Source: Anthoceros angustus
Lineage: Eukaryota > Plantae > Anthocerotophyta
Direction of reading: 5' to 3'
Assembly (NCBI GenBank): GCA_010909165.1
Contig: MU008167.1
Coordinates: forward strand, 186,001 to 250,000
Length of the DNA stretch: 64,000 nucleotides
The notes below the pieces were generated by a model. The model was not told the DNA's origin. It did not search any database and saw only the letters and a list, made by a program, of their open reading frames with translations. The position numbers and the translations under genes are program-made. How positions within the stretch are numbered: the first letter of the stretch is position 1; each line of letters opens with the position of its first letter. Below are positions 52,765 to 64,000 of the stretch, in pieces.

Positions 52765-53475
52765 AGGGTGATGGAAAAGCGGATAGTGCGGCCCTGCATG
52801 TGGCTTAAGATTGACAAATTGTCAGTGCAACAGGCGGGTCAGTTCTGGAGCAGGAAATGCTTCAGTTGTATCATTAGCGATGCTGTGGGACCAAGACAGT
52901 ATCGTGTGTACCATGACGCGTTGGTGTTGTGCAATAGGATTGTGGTAGTGGTCTGCACAACGGGCATAGATAGGCAGAGACAAGCGTGAGTGGGATATGG
53001 GTGTCCATTTTCAAGAGTGGCATGCGCAACACAGACCTGCTGGGCAGAGACAAGCCTGAGTGCGAGTACATTCTGTACTAAATTGTGAGAATTGACAGAT
53101 TTGAAAATGATGGACCTATGTCCGTAATGCTGACCTCCAGACGTTGTTTGTCTGCTCTCGTGTTCCCTGTGAGATGCTGTCCCACCTCAGCTCTGTGGGG
53201 TGCATCCATCACACACTCACTGTGCAGTGCGCACTAGTGTCAATGGGTGGACAGTAGGCACGCTTCCTAGTGGGATGCTCTCACTTTTCCCATACAAGAT
53301 CCTACATCCATCCGCATACAGACGTAAGTCCAAAAATATTACTGTTCGTATGCTTGAAGTAAACGGTGAATTTTGAGAGGACAGTTTCCACAGAATTAAA
53401 AGAATCGTAGACAGAGCGTGAACGCGTGACAGCCCACCAGCCATTCTTCCAGCTTTAAATGTAAAATACCTTGAA

Positions 53476-54847
53476 TTAACTTTGGACATTTTGCGGCAGA
53501 ACTTGTATCATGAAACTTCTCTCGAATTCAAGTTTGGCGATATCCGATGCAGTGTCATCTTCCGCGTGTTCTATACACTCGGCTGGTACGACCTGAATTG
53601 AGCCTGGAGTGACCTCGGTGTCGATAGGCTCGACTTTCAGCTCCCCCAGCAACCTTCTCATCACCTCATCACATCTCGCATGGATGACCTGGAAAGCAGC
53701 GCATGCTGATGTTAGTCTACCACGGGAAACACCGACAGGTGTCCAGTCCAAGAAGCAGTGGGGCATGTTCAACTGAATTGATACCAGCGATGCCCTGGCG
53801 TCCAGAGGTGTACGTTGCAGGTTCACAATCACAAGCTTGCCTCCTCTAGCAAGAACGTCGGCTGGCAGCTGACAAGCAGGCCTCACTTGCAGACTGGACC
53901 CCAACACCAATGCCAAGTCAGCTAGCTCAGACTGTTGGATTGCTACTTCCATGACCTGCAAAAACACAGTAAAAATCAGCTAAAGTTGTTTAACGAACAA
54001 GTTTCTTGGTTGCGGGTGGAACGGTGGACCAAACTTACCCCAGAATTAATTTCCTCGTGAAAAAGTACAACAGAGTCCATGAGTTCCCCATGGCAGCCCT
54101 TCTGTTCACATGTTCTCCCAGTTCTATGGTCATGCTGCTTGGGCTGGCGCTTCACTCTTTTTGAACTGCTTGCATCAGGTTCTGAGCTAACTGTGTTTGA
54201 TTCAGAAGTAGGTTCAGCGACTGTCAAGCCAGTCCAAACAGGAAAATCCCGAAAGTAGGCAGCCTGACAGACCTGGCAAGTCTCAGACGAGTAATTCCCA
54301 TGCAGTTCACTAAGATTTCCAATTGAAATCCCACTTTTGATGTGAAGGCCATCAATATTTTGTGATACTACGTGGTGACAAAAACCAGCATCCAACAATG
54401 CTTTGACGGCAAAGTGGCTAAAAGTAGGTACCACCTGCACGGATAGGTCCACAGGGTACACAGGTAAGATGTAAAAAATGATAGCTCTCACACACTTCCT
54501 AATTCTACACGACACTCTCCCCCTGAATGGTGAGTAGGAGAGCGGGATTAGCAACCAACCTTTTGCAGCTGTGGTTCTGGCAGACTCTTGCCCTTTGCTC
54601 TCAATGTCCACACTCCAGAAGGTCCCCGAAAATCTGGAATGCCGGCTGCGGTGGACAAACCAGCGCCCGTATACACCTACTCCAAAACATGCCTGGAATT
54701 AGAAACTCTGACTGGCCGACCTAACCTAGCACAGCAACCTATCCAGAGCTGAGCTGGTACCACAACATGCTTGCTACCGCGGATGAACTTGGCTAACTTC
54801 TGGACTTTCTGTCTAAGACCAAATTCGGTCTCACAGAGCTCCTCCAT
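53476..54847 (-). CDS. Class IV sirtuin (SRT1/SIRT6-7-like NAD-dependent deacylase), multi-exon; 5' end uncertain
   Basis: Exons give [49 protein letters not shown], CxxC..Cxxxx[14 protein letters not shown] and IVNLQRTP. Confidence 0.92.
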
Positions 54848-55759
54848 AACGTTCACAGTCGAAGTAATGTCACTTAGATCCGAACCAAAGCATATCCATT
54901 TGTAAACCTCAAACAAACCAACTAAGATCAGAACGGCCTCCCACAGGAAACGCTCACAACAAAACTGGCTGGTGTTTAAAGCCGTTACGGCAATGCTGCA
55001 TCCACCAGGCCAAGACGGCTTGGATTAGGTCATGCAGAAAATCTCAGAACCAGCAAACAGCATTCACCTCATCCAAAATGTTGGGACCTCACTGATCCTC
55101 CTCCTGCTCAGCTTTTCCAAGCCCGGGAATCTGTAAACCCGGAAAACCTGAGATCCCTGCGCGTTATCAGCATGAAATTGCTGGGAAGCTTCCTCCAAGA
55201 GCTGTCACGACACCATCGATGCAGCCTCGGAAAACACGTAAAAAGGATCGAGCATACGAAAATCCGCCTGGTTATTATTGTAAACCTGCGTTTACCCGAG
55301 GTTGGCACGATTTCCAAGCCGCGCCCAGCTCAGAGAGAAAATCTGCTTTACAACCGCTGCGCTTGAATTGAATGCCAAGGAGGGCTGATGTAGCTGGCTG
55401 CTTGAATGCACGATGCGGCTGGCGGCGCGAACCGCATGGGAGAGCATGCGGCCAGGCCAACCTGGAAGTGCGTGAACCTGGCGAGATCCAGTATCGCCAC
55501 TTTCGCCGAACGCCGTTCCGTGCCCCGGATCTCCCGTTCTCTAACCAATTTCATTTTACGATTTTACATTTCAAATGAAATTTGGGCGCCCATCCCCGCG
55601 TGTGTTCAAGAGTGGGAGGCAGATCGTCCCTTTGAATCGGTACAGGGCAAGGTCTGTCGGCCTTTCAACAGAATACATGTGTTAAAGAGTTTGCCTATAT
55701 GTTAGTCTTGAAGGTAGGGTAGGACTTAAGAAAAATGTATCTTATCACAAGGCTGGAGA

Positions 55760-55845
55760 AATACAATATTATACAATATTGTATACAATATTATAAAATA
55801 TTGTATTATAAAATATTTTATTATAAAATATTATACAATATTGTC
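55760..55845. repeat. AT-rich micro/minisatellite (acaatatt(a/g)t variants)
   Basis: Directly visible repeats. Confidence 0.85.
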
Positions 55846-56590
55846 TAGTTACCTATCCGAGTTCTAATAGACCGTAGTCTAATATCATTCCTCAAGGGAG
55901 AACTAAAAATAACTAAGTTTTGATGAACACCTGTCTAGAACTCATGTCTAGAACTCCTGCCTAGGATTCTAAAGTCAATCCTCAAAAGATGACTTAAAAA
56001 AAATAAGTTCTTATGAACTTGTATCTGTAAAATAGTAAAATGGCATATGCCCTTTGTGGTTGTCCGTGGGAAGGGAGCGCTGGACTCCCTGGAACGAGTT
56101 CTTAGTACGAGAATTTTTTAATAAACTTGAACTTGACCCAGAACTACATACTCAACAATCCTCGAAGGAGGACTTAAAAGAAATAAGTTTTTATGAACTC
56201 TTGTTTAGAACTTTAGAAAGTCGATCCTCGAAGAAGGATTGTTGTACAATATTATACAGACTAACATACTGGATAGGTAACTAGACTCTTGATTGAGATA
56301 ACATACTTGATTGCTTCATGTAGACTCAATGATATATGAAGATGATCTTGAAATAAAAATGATCTTCAAATTAGTAACACTATCACAAAAGAAAAAAAAT
56401 TAAAAATTAAAAATAATATACATCACCATATTTAAAATATATTTAATTAAAAGTAAAATAATAATAAACAAGAACCAAAGTCCATCTTTCTCATTGAGCC
56501 CGTAGGTACAGTGCGGGGCAATCCCTTTCCTACTTCACGACGTTTTCAAACAGCGGGTCTCAATTGCCCTTCAACGAGCCCTTTCCACGG

Positions 56591-56887
56591 CAATCATCCA
56601 CAGAGTGGCGGCACCATGTGATGCATCCTCCTCTTCCTCTGTTGTTTGCAGGTCGTTTACCCTTCCCGCATACGACATTATAGGCACAAGCGATCATCCA
56701 CTGAGCGGCGACAACAGGTGATGCATCCTCCTCTTCCTCTATTGTTTGTAGGTCGTTTACTCTTCCCGCATACGATATTGTAGGCACATGCGATCATCCA
56801 CAGAGCGGCGACAACAAGTGATGTATCCTCCTCTTCCTCTATTGTTTGTAGGCCGTTTATTCTTCCCACATACGACATTGTAGGCGC
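56591..56887. repeat. ~3 copies of an exactly 100-bp tandem unit
   Basis: atg(c/t)atcctcctcttcctct starts at 56621, 56721 and 56821. Confidence 0.92.
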
Positions 56888-58325
56888 AATTGGTGCCTTC
56901 CAGTAGGGAGCTTAGCTGCTCCTTTTCAGCACGACCCTTTAGGGTCTCCCTTGGTTATCCTCTGCCCGATGTGCTTTTCCTATCAATTTTTTCCCCTCAA
57001 TAAAAATTAACCTTCTAATCTTTCTCACATCACATCTTTCTTAAAGCCAAGCCAGGTGATATGCCCTAAAAGGGGATATGTGGGAAAGGGGATGATGTGA
57101 GAAAGACAGGAGCGGCGACATGTGAAGGAATCCACTACAGTACAGTAGTACATGGTACGTGAACGTCGTGGGCCGTTCCGTTCTGTTCTGGGCCGTCCCT
57201 CCCGTTGCGCTTGAGAGGAGGTTCGAACCGAACCGGAGCCTGCGCTCCGGGTGGCGCTAGTGAAATGAAAGCAGGCACGGGTGATAATAATTACGGACGC
57301 ATGTCAGCCAGGGTACCCCGCAGCACAAATCAGGGCGATACAGATCTTTCCCTCCAAAAAAAGGGCGCGAACAGTTTGGCCAGTTGCGCCGCGCGCGCCA
57401 CCTGGGCCGGGCGAATCTGCTGGAGGCCATTCGGCTCGACAGGTGGCCGGGCTGTGGGTCCCCCGCCAGAATCGCCCCTGTATAGGCGGGGCAGCGAGGC
57501 GAATGAAACGGCACCCGCCATGCCCCGTTTGAAATCCTGCCACCCCTGGCCCCCGTTCCGTGCGGCCGGGCGAAGCGTTTCGGGGATATTTGGGGGTTGG
57601 CATTCGCCGCTTTCGCCTGTTTCGCCGGTTTCGCCGGCTTCGCTCACGCGACAGGCCGGCCCGGCAGCACTTGGTAAGCAAACGCTTGCGAGGGTTTGCG
57701 TCGCCTTCGCCTTTGCCTTTGTGTTGCAAGCGCAGACGCAGCGAGCAAGCCAGCCTCCGCTGCTGCGCTCAGCGTCCCCGGAATCTGCATCTCGCACCCG
57801 GGATCCGCCCCTGCTGCGACGCTGCAGGTGCGTGATTCGCGTTTCTCGTCTCGCCGTGAGTCCAATCTTTCACTCTCCCAGCCGCTGCCTGATTTCATGT
57901 CTCTGCTCGCAATCTCCACGCTCCGCTTCCCTTTCCGCATGCCGCAATCTTGGAGCCTCTGATTCGAGTCCCCTGTTTCTGTTCTGTTTGTGACTGTTGC
58001 TCCCGGGAGCCCCAGGAGGCGCCCGAGCCGCCCCTGATTTGCGTTTGTGAGTCGTCTTTTTGGACATAGCCGCAAGGCAGGCTGCGGAGGAGAGGAGAGG
58101 ATAGCATAGGACCCGAGAGTAAGGAAGCTGAGGGAGGGAGGGAGTGTGCGGATTTTTGTGGGCGGTAGGGTTTGGGGCTGGGGTTTGGGGCGTGGAGTTT
58201 CTCTGGGTATGTGTGGTAGAGGAGGAGGAGCGTGTGGATCTGGGGGTTTAGGAGGCGCGGCCGTGGTGGTGCGGGGGTTTTGACGACATCGTCCTGGTTT
58301 TGTCTTTCTGCAGAGGCAGGTCATC

Positions 58326-59559
58326 ATGTCTGACCATGATGTGTCGTCTGTAGCTGCTGCCGCAGCGAATTCCGTCTCGGAAACCTATAACAAGCTGCCG
58401 GCTTCCCACACGTCCCACGCGCTGGGCAGTGGGAAGACGTATCTCTTCAACCGACAGAGATCGGTTCGCGACGTCCTGGGTGGCGGAAAATGTAACTTCG
58501 CTGATGCTCTCATGGTTCGATCTGATGAGGAGTTGAGGGAGGGGGTGGATTGGTCGCAATTGGGATGTGGTGCTGGGACGGGATCGAGGCGCTTTCCTGT
58601 TGGGTCTCTTACGTGGCAGTGTTGTCGTGGTGTTGCAGTTGCTGATGTGGTTTTGTGGAAGAATAAGAGTCTTGCAGCCGGAATCCTGAGTGCGGTTGCA
58701 ATCACCTGGTTCTTGCTGGAGTGGTCGGGGTATACGCTGCTCACGCTGGTTTCCAATGTGCTGCTCTTCCTGGTAGTGATCCTGTTCATCTGGGCCAATG
58801 CCGCAGCTCTGCTCAACAGGTGGGATGGTCGATCAGGTCCTTCGGGTGCTGGGTAGGTTGTGCCTGTTGTCTGTCGTTAGGTTTCGGGTCTGATGGAGGC
58901 TGGTTTTTCTGGCTCTCAGGGCTCCTCCTCCTCTTCCTGAGTTAGCGTTGTCGGAGCAGTTCGTCACCAACGCAGCGCGCAACCTGCGTTACGAACTGAA
59001 CAGAGCTTTGAAAGTGGTGCACGATGTTGCGCTTGGCAAGGACGTCAAGCTCTTCTTGAAGGTAAGCTCGCAGCCATATGAACTGGGATGGCTTGCCGGT
59101 TTTGCAAGATCGCAATTTTTCATAGCCTTCTCTTGGACGACTTGTTTGGATGCAGGTCCTCTTTGGGTTGTGGGTGCTGTCAGTTATTGGTGGATGGACC
59201 AGCCTTTTGACTCTCGCTTTCATCGGTCAGTACAACCGTCATCTCTTTTTGCTGGCAGGAAGTTGGGTTTATGTCTCGTCTGTTCCAGGCATCCGGTTCT
59301 CCGCAGTCCCGTTGTTAAGTTTGATCCCTCGGTATCCTGTCCCTCCTGACTGCCAAGTGTTCGGCTGTGTTGTGTCTGTCTGCGCCGAACAGGTGTTCTT
59401 TTGTTGTTTAGTGTTCCCGTTTTCTATGACAAGTACGAGGATGAGGTTGACAAGTACGCCAAGATTGTTGCCGACGAAGCCCACAAGCAATACAGGAAGT
59501 TCGATGAGGTTGTTCTCAGCAAGATCCCCAGGGGCGTGAAGGCAAAGAAGGCAGATTAG
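58326..59559 (+). CDS. RTNLB: Reticulon-like protein B, five exons
   Basis: Exons give LFNRQRSVRDVLGGGK, ADVVLWKNK, hydrophobic hairpins, GKDVKLFLK and VPVFYDKYEDEVD. Stop at 59557-59559. Confidence 0.93.
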
Positions 59560-60654
59560 ATCCTGTAGTATTTAGTTGGCCTATAATGCTGCTGTTAGAA
59601 ACCCTAATCTCCTAGCGGAGAGCTCAGCATGTATATTTTTTGTACAAGCTTCCTGTGACGTGGGACAGCCCGCAGATCCTAGTTAGTCTCACCCTCACCC
59701 TTCTGTCGTAGCTGTTACATTTACGTAAGGCGAGTCCGAGTGTTGCCTTTGACTCAGGTTGTTTATCTACGGAATTTTTGACGGGACGCTTTGACCTTGC
59801 TCATTGATCGAAAATGTTGGAGGCCTTGCCTTGCCTGCATAATTGAATAAGGAGGGGACTCGTTATTCAGCTTCTCTGTCCATTTGATTTCACGTCCTGT
59901 TGCTGCTGTGGGTTATCTCTTCTCTGCCTTCGTGTCGAGTTTGCAATGTTGTTGAGACTGCCCGGATCCTTCTATTTGGCAGATGCAGGCATGGAAACTA
60001 ATCGCATGAGATTCAACACGCAAGCCTTGTGACATGTATGCCTTTAACGTGGCGAGCTGCGGCCCTTTAGCTTGGATTTCACTCTACATGTCGAACAAAA
60101 TCCGATTCTCTCCTTGCGTCAGACGCCTGGCCTAGACAATTGCATAATTCTTTTAGAAAAATAACTCTTTTAGGAAAAATAGGAAAAACATTTAGCATGT
60201 GCAGCAGCGGCTGGCGTCACTCGTCTGGTACGAATCGTCCGTTGTTGATACGAGTGCCTTACTTTCTGGGAGGCGCTCAGCCCCGATCCAGGTTGCGACG
60301 AGGACCATCTCTCCTGCCTCATCTTCTTCTTGGCCAATGTTCTCGATTTCAAGGACGGAAGGAAAGCTACAATGGCAACAACAAGTGTATAGAAAAGAAC
60401 CGGCACACTCCTGAACGCTATGTTATCGCAATGTTATCGGAAGGAGAAATTGGTGAGAAGGACACAGCTAGCATTGGATATGGCGACGTCCACCACCCTA
60501 TCATGTGGACAGAGCGGCGGATGAGGAGTCCGATTCTAACTCACAAAACACGAGTTCACGTCAGCCCTAGTTCTCACAGTCTACTAGGGCTAACTGGAGT
60601 GGTGCATGTTGAGCTGACGCCATGGCGGTCTGGATCAGTCCCCAGGTAGGCTGA

Positions 60655-61980
60655 GTGCGGAAGATCCCGCAGAGATGTGGAGGTTTTGTGAAACATGTGA
60701 GGTCCAAAGGAACTCTGGAAGGAGTCTTGCATTGCATGGAGCACCAGGCACCAGAGATTGACGAAGGTTTGGAGATGGCGGAGTTCCGATTGGCCAAACA
60801 TGTGGCAGTGGTAGGGCTGGCAGCATGCGAGCTGGCGGACTCCGGGATGGGAGTGAGGAGGCTGGGGGAGCTGGACCAGGAGTGGGACAAGGTGTGGAGC
60901 AGTATGTTCAATGACGGCCGGGAGCGCGGCCGGGACAATTCTCTGCCGCAGAAGTGTGCGGAGATGTCTTCGATCTGGGACAGGTTTCTTGAAGAGAAGC
61001 AGAGCTGTCCAGGCCTGTTGAGCAAGCTGAAGGAGACGAACGAGTGCTTCGTGGAGAAGATTCACGACGCGGCTATGGCGGGGCTGAAAGAGGTGGACGA
61101 GCTCACGGGGCACGGGCACGGCAAGTCGTTTCCGGAGCTCACGTCTTGGAATTTGCGGGAGGATCGGGAGGCTACTCTGCCTGAGGTTATTCAGCATTTT
61201 GCGGGTATTCTGTGCGCGCTGAGCGGGAAGGTGGAGGCTCTTGTGCATCAGATCGAAGAGCAGAACCGGCAGGTTCAGATGGTGCGGGACCAGCCGTTTC
61301 AGGTGGCCCTGACTTTGTTCCAGGTGCCTGAGGAGGCTGCGCTGTCCAAAGAGCCTCAGTCGTATGTGGTGTGGAGATTGGCGCTGCCCTTCTCCCATCA
61401 GGAAGCTGTGGAGTTCCGGGCGCATCGGGCCATGGAGGAGCTCAAGACCGGATGGGAGGCCGAGATGCTGCAGTCTGAGACACAAGCGTTTGCTGCGCTC
61501 CTCAAGTACGGGTCCAGGTCCGCGATTGGGGTTCGGGAATTAGGGTACATGAATCTGCCTGACCACGAGCTGCAATGCTCCAACATGCTGGCCCGGTATC
61601 AGAAGGCGGACTTTCCGCACCACATGCAAGGAAGTTACCAGCCTGACGAGGTTTGTGAAGAGGATGATGAATTGCAGGGAATGGCTGGCGTCCGAGTGTA
61701 TCCTTCCGAAGTCTGTGCGAGGAAGGAGATGGCGGACCTTGCGGCCCTGCAAACTTCCTGCGCGGATTGTAAGGTGCAGGAGTATCTGTTCCCGGCCATG
61801 GTCTTTTGTTGCCGGAAGTGCTTGAGCCCGCAGGCATGGAACTACAAACTTCGCCGCCGGGCCACGTTGTCGGAAACCATCGCCTATCTCATTGCCGCCA
61901 TCTTGTACCGACAGAACACGATCAAAACTCTGGAGTTTGTTGTCCGAATCCAGGGAGAGGGTCTTCAACACTGGGATTGA
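60655..61980 (+). CDS. Intronless 441-codon ORF of unknown function; first ATG at ~60735
   Basis: Long open frame with GC-rich coding-like composition, predicted helical/coiled segments and a Cys cluster CADC...CCRKC. No recognised domain. Confidence 0.6.
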   Translation: MRKIPQRCGGFVKHVRSKGTLEGVLHCMEHQAPEIDEGLEMAEFRLAKHVAVVGLAACELADSGMGVRRLGELDQEWDKVWSSMFNDGRERGRDNSLPQKCAEMSSIWDRFLEEKQSCPGLLSKLKETNECFVEKIHDAAMAGLKEVDELTGHGHGKSFPELTSWNLREDREATLPEVIQHFAGILCALSGKVEALVHQIEEQNRQVQMVRDQPFQVALTLFQVPEEAALSKEPQSYVVWRLALPFSHQEAVEFRAHRAMEELKTGWEAEMLQSETQAFAALLKYGSRSAIGVRELGYMNLPDHELQCSNMLARYQKADFPHHMQGSYQPDEVCEEDDELQGMAGVRVYPSEVCARKEMADLAALQTSCADCKVQEYLFPAMVFCCRKCLSPQAWNYKLRRRATLSETIAYLIAAILYRQNTIKTLEFVVRIQGEGLQHWD

Positions 61981-63070
61981 AAGAGGAGGCTTCCCGATTT
62001 GCTGCCAAGCCAGGAAGCTGCCACGGATGAAATGTGAAGCATGATGTCTCCATGAAGAGGCAGGCAGACCTGAAGTGTGCACTCAGGTTTGTTCGCAATT
62101 GTCCAAGTCTTCTGCTTAAATCCTTCTTCCCGCGTTAAAAAAAATCCTCCCTCTCCCACTAGAACTGGCAGTTCCTAGACCTCCGCCCCTCGTCCTCCTC
62201 AAGCTAATACTTTCCCGTGACCGCATACGTATGGATAACAGGTTCTGCGGGTACGTGGTCACCCAGTATACCTGCGTCTTGTAGGAGTTCGATTCCTACC
62301 CGAAGCTAGAGCCGAAGCTAGAGGGGTCGAGCTACACCTGCTTGTTCAGAACGCGCTATCCAAGTCGCGAAGGGACTGTAGATTATGTTTATATCCCTTG
62401 AAGGAGCAGGTATGACACTGACTTGCAACTGCTTACTAGGGGATACTTCTTCCTTTTCGCCTCACGCTTCTAATTTATTTCATCACTTGCTTTTAGTAGA
62501 CTAACAAGTGCTCGTTTGGTGTTGCGTTTTGCTATCCATACTGTCCGGATAATAGATTTATATAGGTAATTCTTGCCTTTAATTTCAACTTGCTCTTGTT
62601 TCTAGGCTTGCAGGTAATATATACGTAGATATGAGATTGTTAAAAGTGGATTACAAGTGTAAAGTAATCTATCTAGCCATGGGCTAATTCGATATATACA
62701 TGGAAAATCGGGATCAATAAAGTCTTATTCGCAATAATACTACACTGAAGTTTGTCCGAGACTATACCACAATTCTTCGATCCGGAGCCAACTGTCGCTT
62801 GTTGCGTTGTATTTACCTCCTTCAATCTATCTTTTACCTACCATAAGCGTCGTGCTTGAACGTCGGATGATGAAGGAGGGAGACGCTTTGAAAGCCAGCA
62901 GGAGATGCGTGGTCAGGAGCTTGGTGTGCACATTGCGCAAGCGTGTTATTCTGCGGTAGCTCACTTGGACATGGACGCTGTGATTTGCTCAGCTAATCCA
63001 GCCGGCGCACCGGAGCCGGATTTTGTTGGGTTCTGCCGTGTCTTCACAGGTGCGGGTTGTGGGTGTGGAG

Positions 63071-64000
63071 ATGATGGCTATGACAATTCAGCTACAGAGT
63101 GGGCGAAAGGGCCTCCTGCGGCGGCAAAGGAAAATTGGTGGGATCCCGGACCTCAATTTCAGGGCTGCAGGATACCAAAGGGGCGTGACGGCTGAAACTG
63201 TGAGCCAGCTATGTCAGCAGGGGCAGCTCAATGAAGCTGTGGAGGCTCTGGGAGTTCTGGTGCAGACAGACTGTGGCATTGCTCAATCCCTTTTTCGGGC
63301 TATCATAAAAAAATGTGAGATTCAGAGGGAGCTGGTCGTGGGTCGCCGTGTCCATGCTCTGGTGGTGAGGAAGGGGTATGAGTCGGACACGTTCTTGTGC
63401 AACTACATCATGCGAATGTATGCTGTCCATGCCAGGTTGGCTGAAACGATGGATGCCTTTACCGTGGCTGCCAAACCAGATGTCTTCATGTGGTCTTCCG
63501 CGATCTCTGCAAATGTTCGCCACGGAAAAGCTGAGCAGGCCATACAGCTGTATCAGCAGATGCTGAGGTCAGGTGTGAAGCCAGATGGGCATGTGTTTGT
63601 GGCAGCTCTTCAGGCCTGTGCAAGGAGAGCAGACTTGAAAACTGGGCAGCAGGTTCATGCCGATGTGTTGGCCTCTGGGGTTGACCATAGTTTGTTTGTC
63701 TACAATTCCCTGGTTGACATGTATGGAAAGTGTGGCAGCTTGGAGGATGCTCAAAAATTGTTTGACGGACTTGGTCAGAAGGATGTAGTGACTTGGAATG
63801 CCATGATAGCAGGATACTCCCAGCAGGGTATGGGCTGGGAAGCCCTCCGTCTTTACAGTGTTATGCAAGAAGAAGTTACTCTAACACCCACGTCTGTGAC
63901 CTTTCTGTGCCTCCTGCAGGCTTGTGCAACTGTGGGCTCTCCAGCTTTGGAGATGGGGAAGCAGCTTCATGCAAGAATTAGTGAAGGAGGGCATGAAGCT
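63071..64000 (+). CDS. PLS-class PPR gene, close paralog of 42508-44805, running off the window edge (missing from the ORF track)
   Basis: Hand translation is open from ATG 63071 to 64000: GVTAETVSQLCQQGQLNEAVEAL..RRVHALV..KPDVFMWSSAIS..DVVTWNAMIAGY. It aligns with GVTAVTVITLCQQGNLTEAMAAL of the DYW:KP gene. The true start may lie upstream. Confidence 0.88.
   Translation, partial: MMAMTIQLQSGRKGLLRRQRKIGGIPDLNFRAAGYQRGVTAETVSQLCQQGQLNEAVEALGVLVQTDCGIAQSLFRAIIKKCEIQRELVVGRRVHALVVRKGYESDTFLCNYIMRMYAVHARLAETMDAFTVAAKPDVFMWSSAISANVRHGKAEQAIQLYQQMLRSGVKPDGHVFVAALQACARRADLKTGQQVHADVLASGVDHSLFVYNSLVDMYGKCGSLEDAQKLFDGLGQKDVVTWNAMIAGYSQQGMGWEALRLYSVMQEEVTLTPTSVTFLCLLQACATVGSPALEMGKQLHARISEGGHEA

Noticed and set aside
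57205-58327. Cluster of overlapping 140-260 aa ORFs
   Set aside because: GC-rich promoter, 5'UTR and intron of the reticulon gene; translations show no domain signal.
62905-63195. ORF containing NWWDP, superficially like a PDF-motif remnant
   Set aside because: Only the WWD tripeptide matches, and it is out of frame with the PPR coding sequence.

Overview
Gene-dense eukaryotic nuclear DNA from a seed-free land plant. A PLS-PPR gene ends in a DYW:KP/GRP-type (U-to-C editing) domain, a class known from hornworts, ferns and some lycophytes. With the ~80-150 bp introns and tight gene packing, a hornwort is most likely (inference). All homology calls come from recognising translated motifs by eye; no database search was run. 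Order of features: TORNADO1-like LRR-ROC-COR gene (frameshifted, runs off the left edge); decayed hAT transposon with a 1.6-kb internal tandem duplication; CHLI; an AT-rich TE-littered island holding two paralogous 8-Cys secreted peptide genes; alpha/beta-hydrolase head-to-head with an intronless ubiquitin::half-uL6 fusion; SEC10; Gly-rich membrane protein; TPR/J-like protein; nucleotidyltransferase-like gene; ALG1; PDF-motif::PPR::DYW:KP gene tail-to-tail with a PPR-E+ gene; TONSOKU fragment; TIR element; frameshifted plastid LEA-like gene; class IV sirtuin; reticulon; a 441-codon orphan ORF; and a third PPR gene running off the right edge. The best novelty candidates are the ubiquitin-uL6 fusion, the OSB-type PDF motif on a U-to-C editor, and the unrecognised 8-Cys peptide pair.
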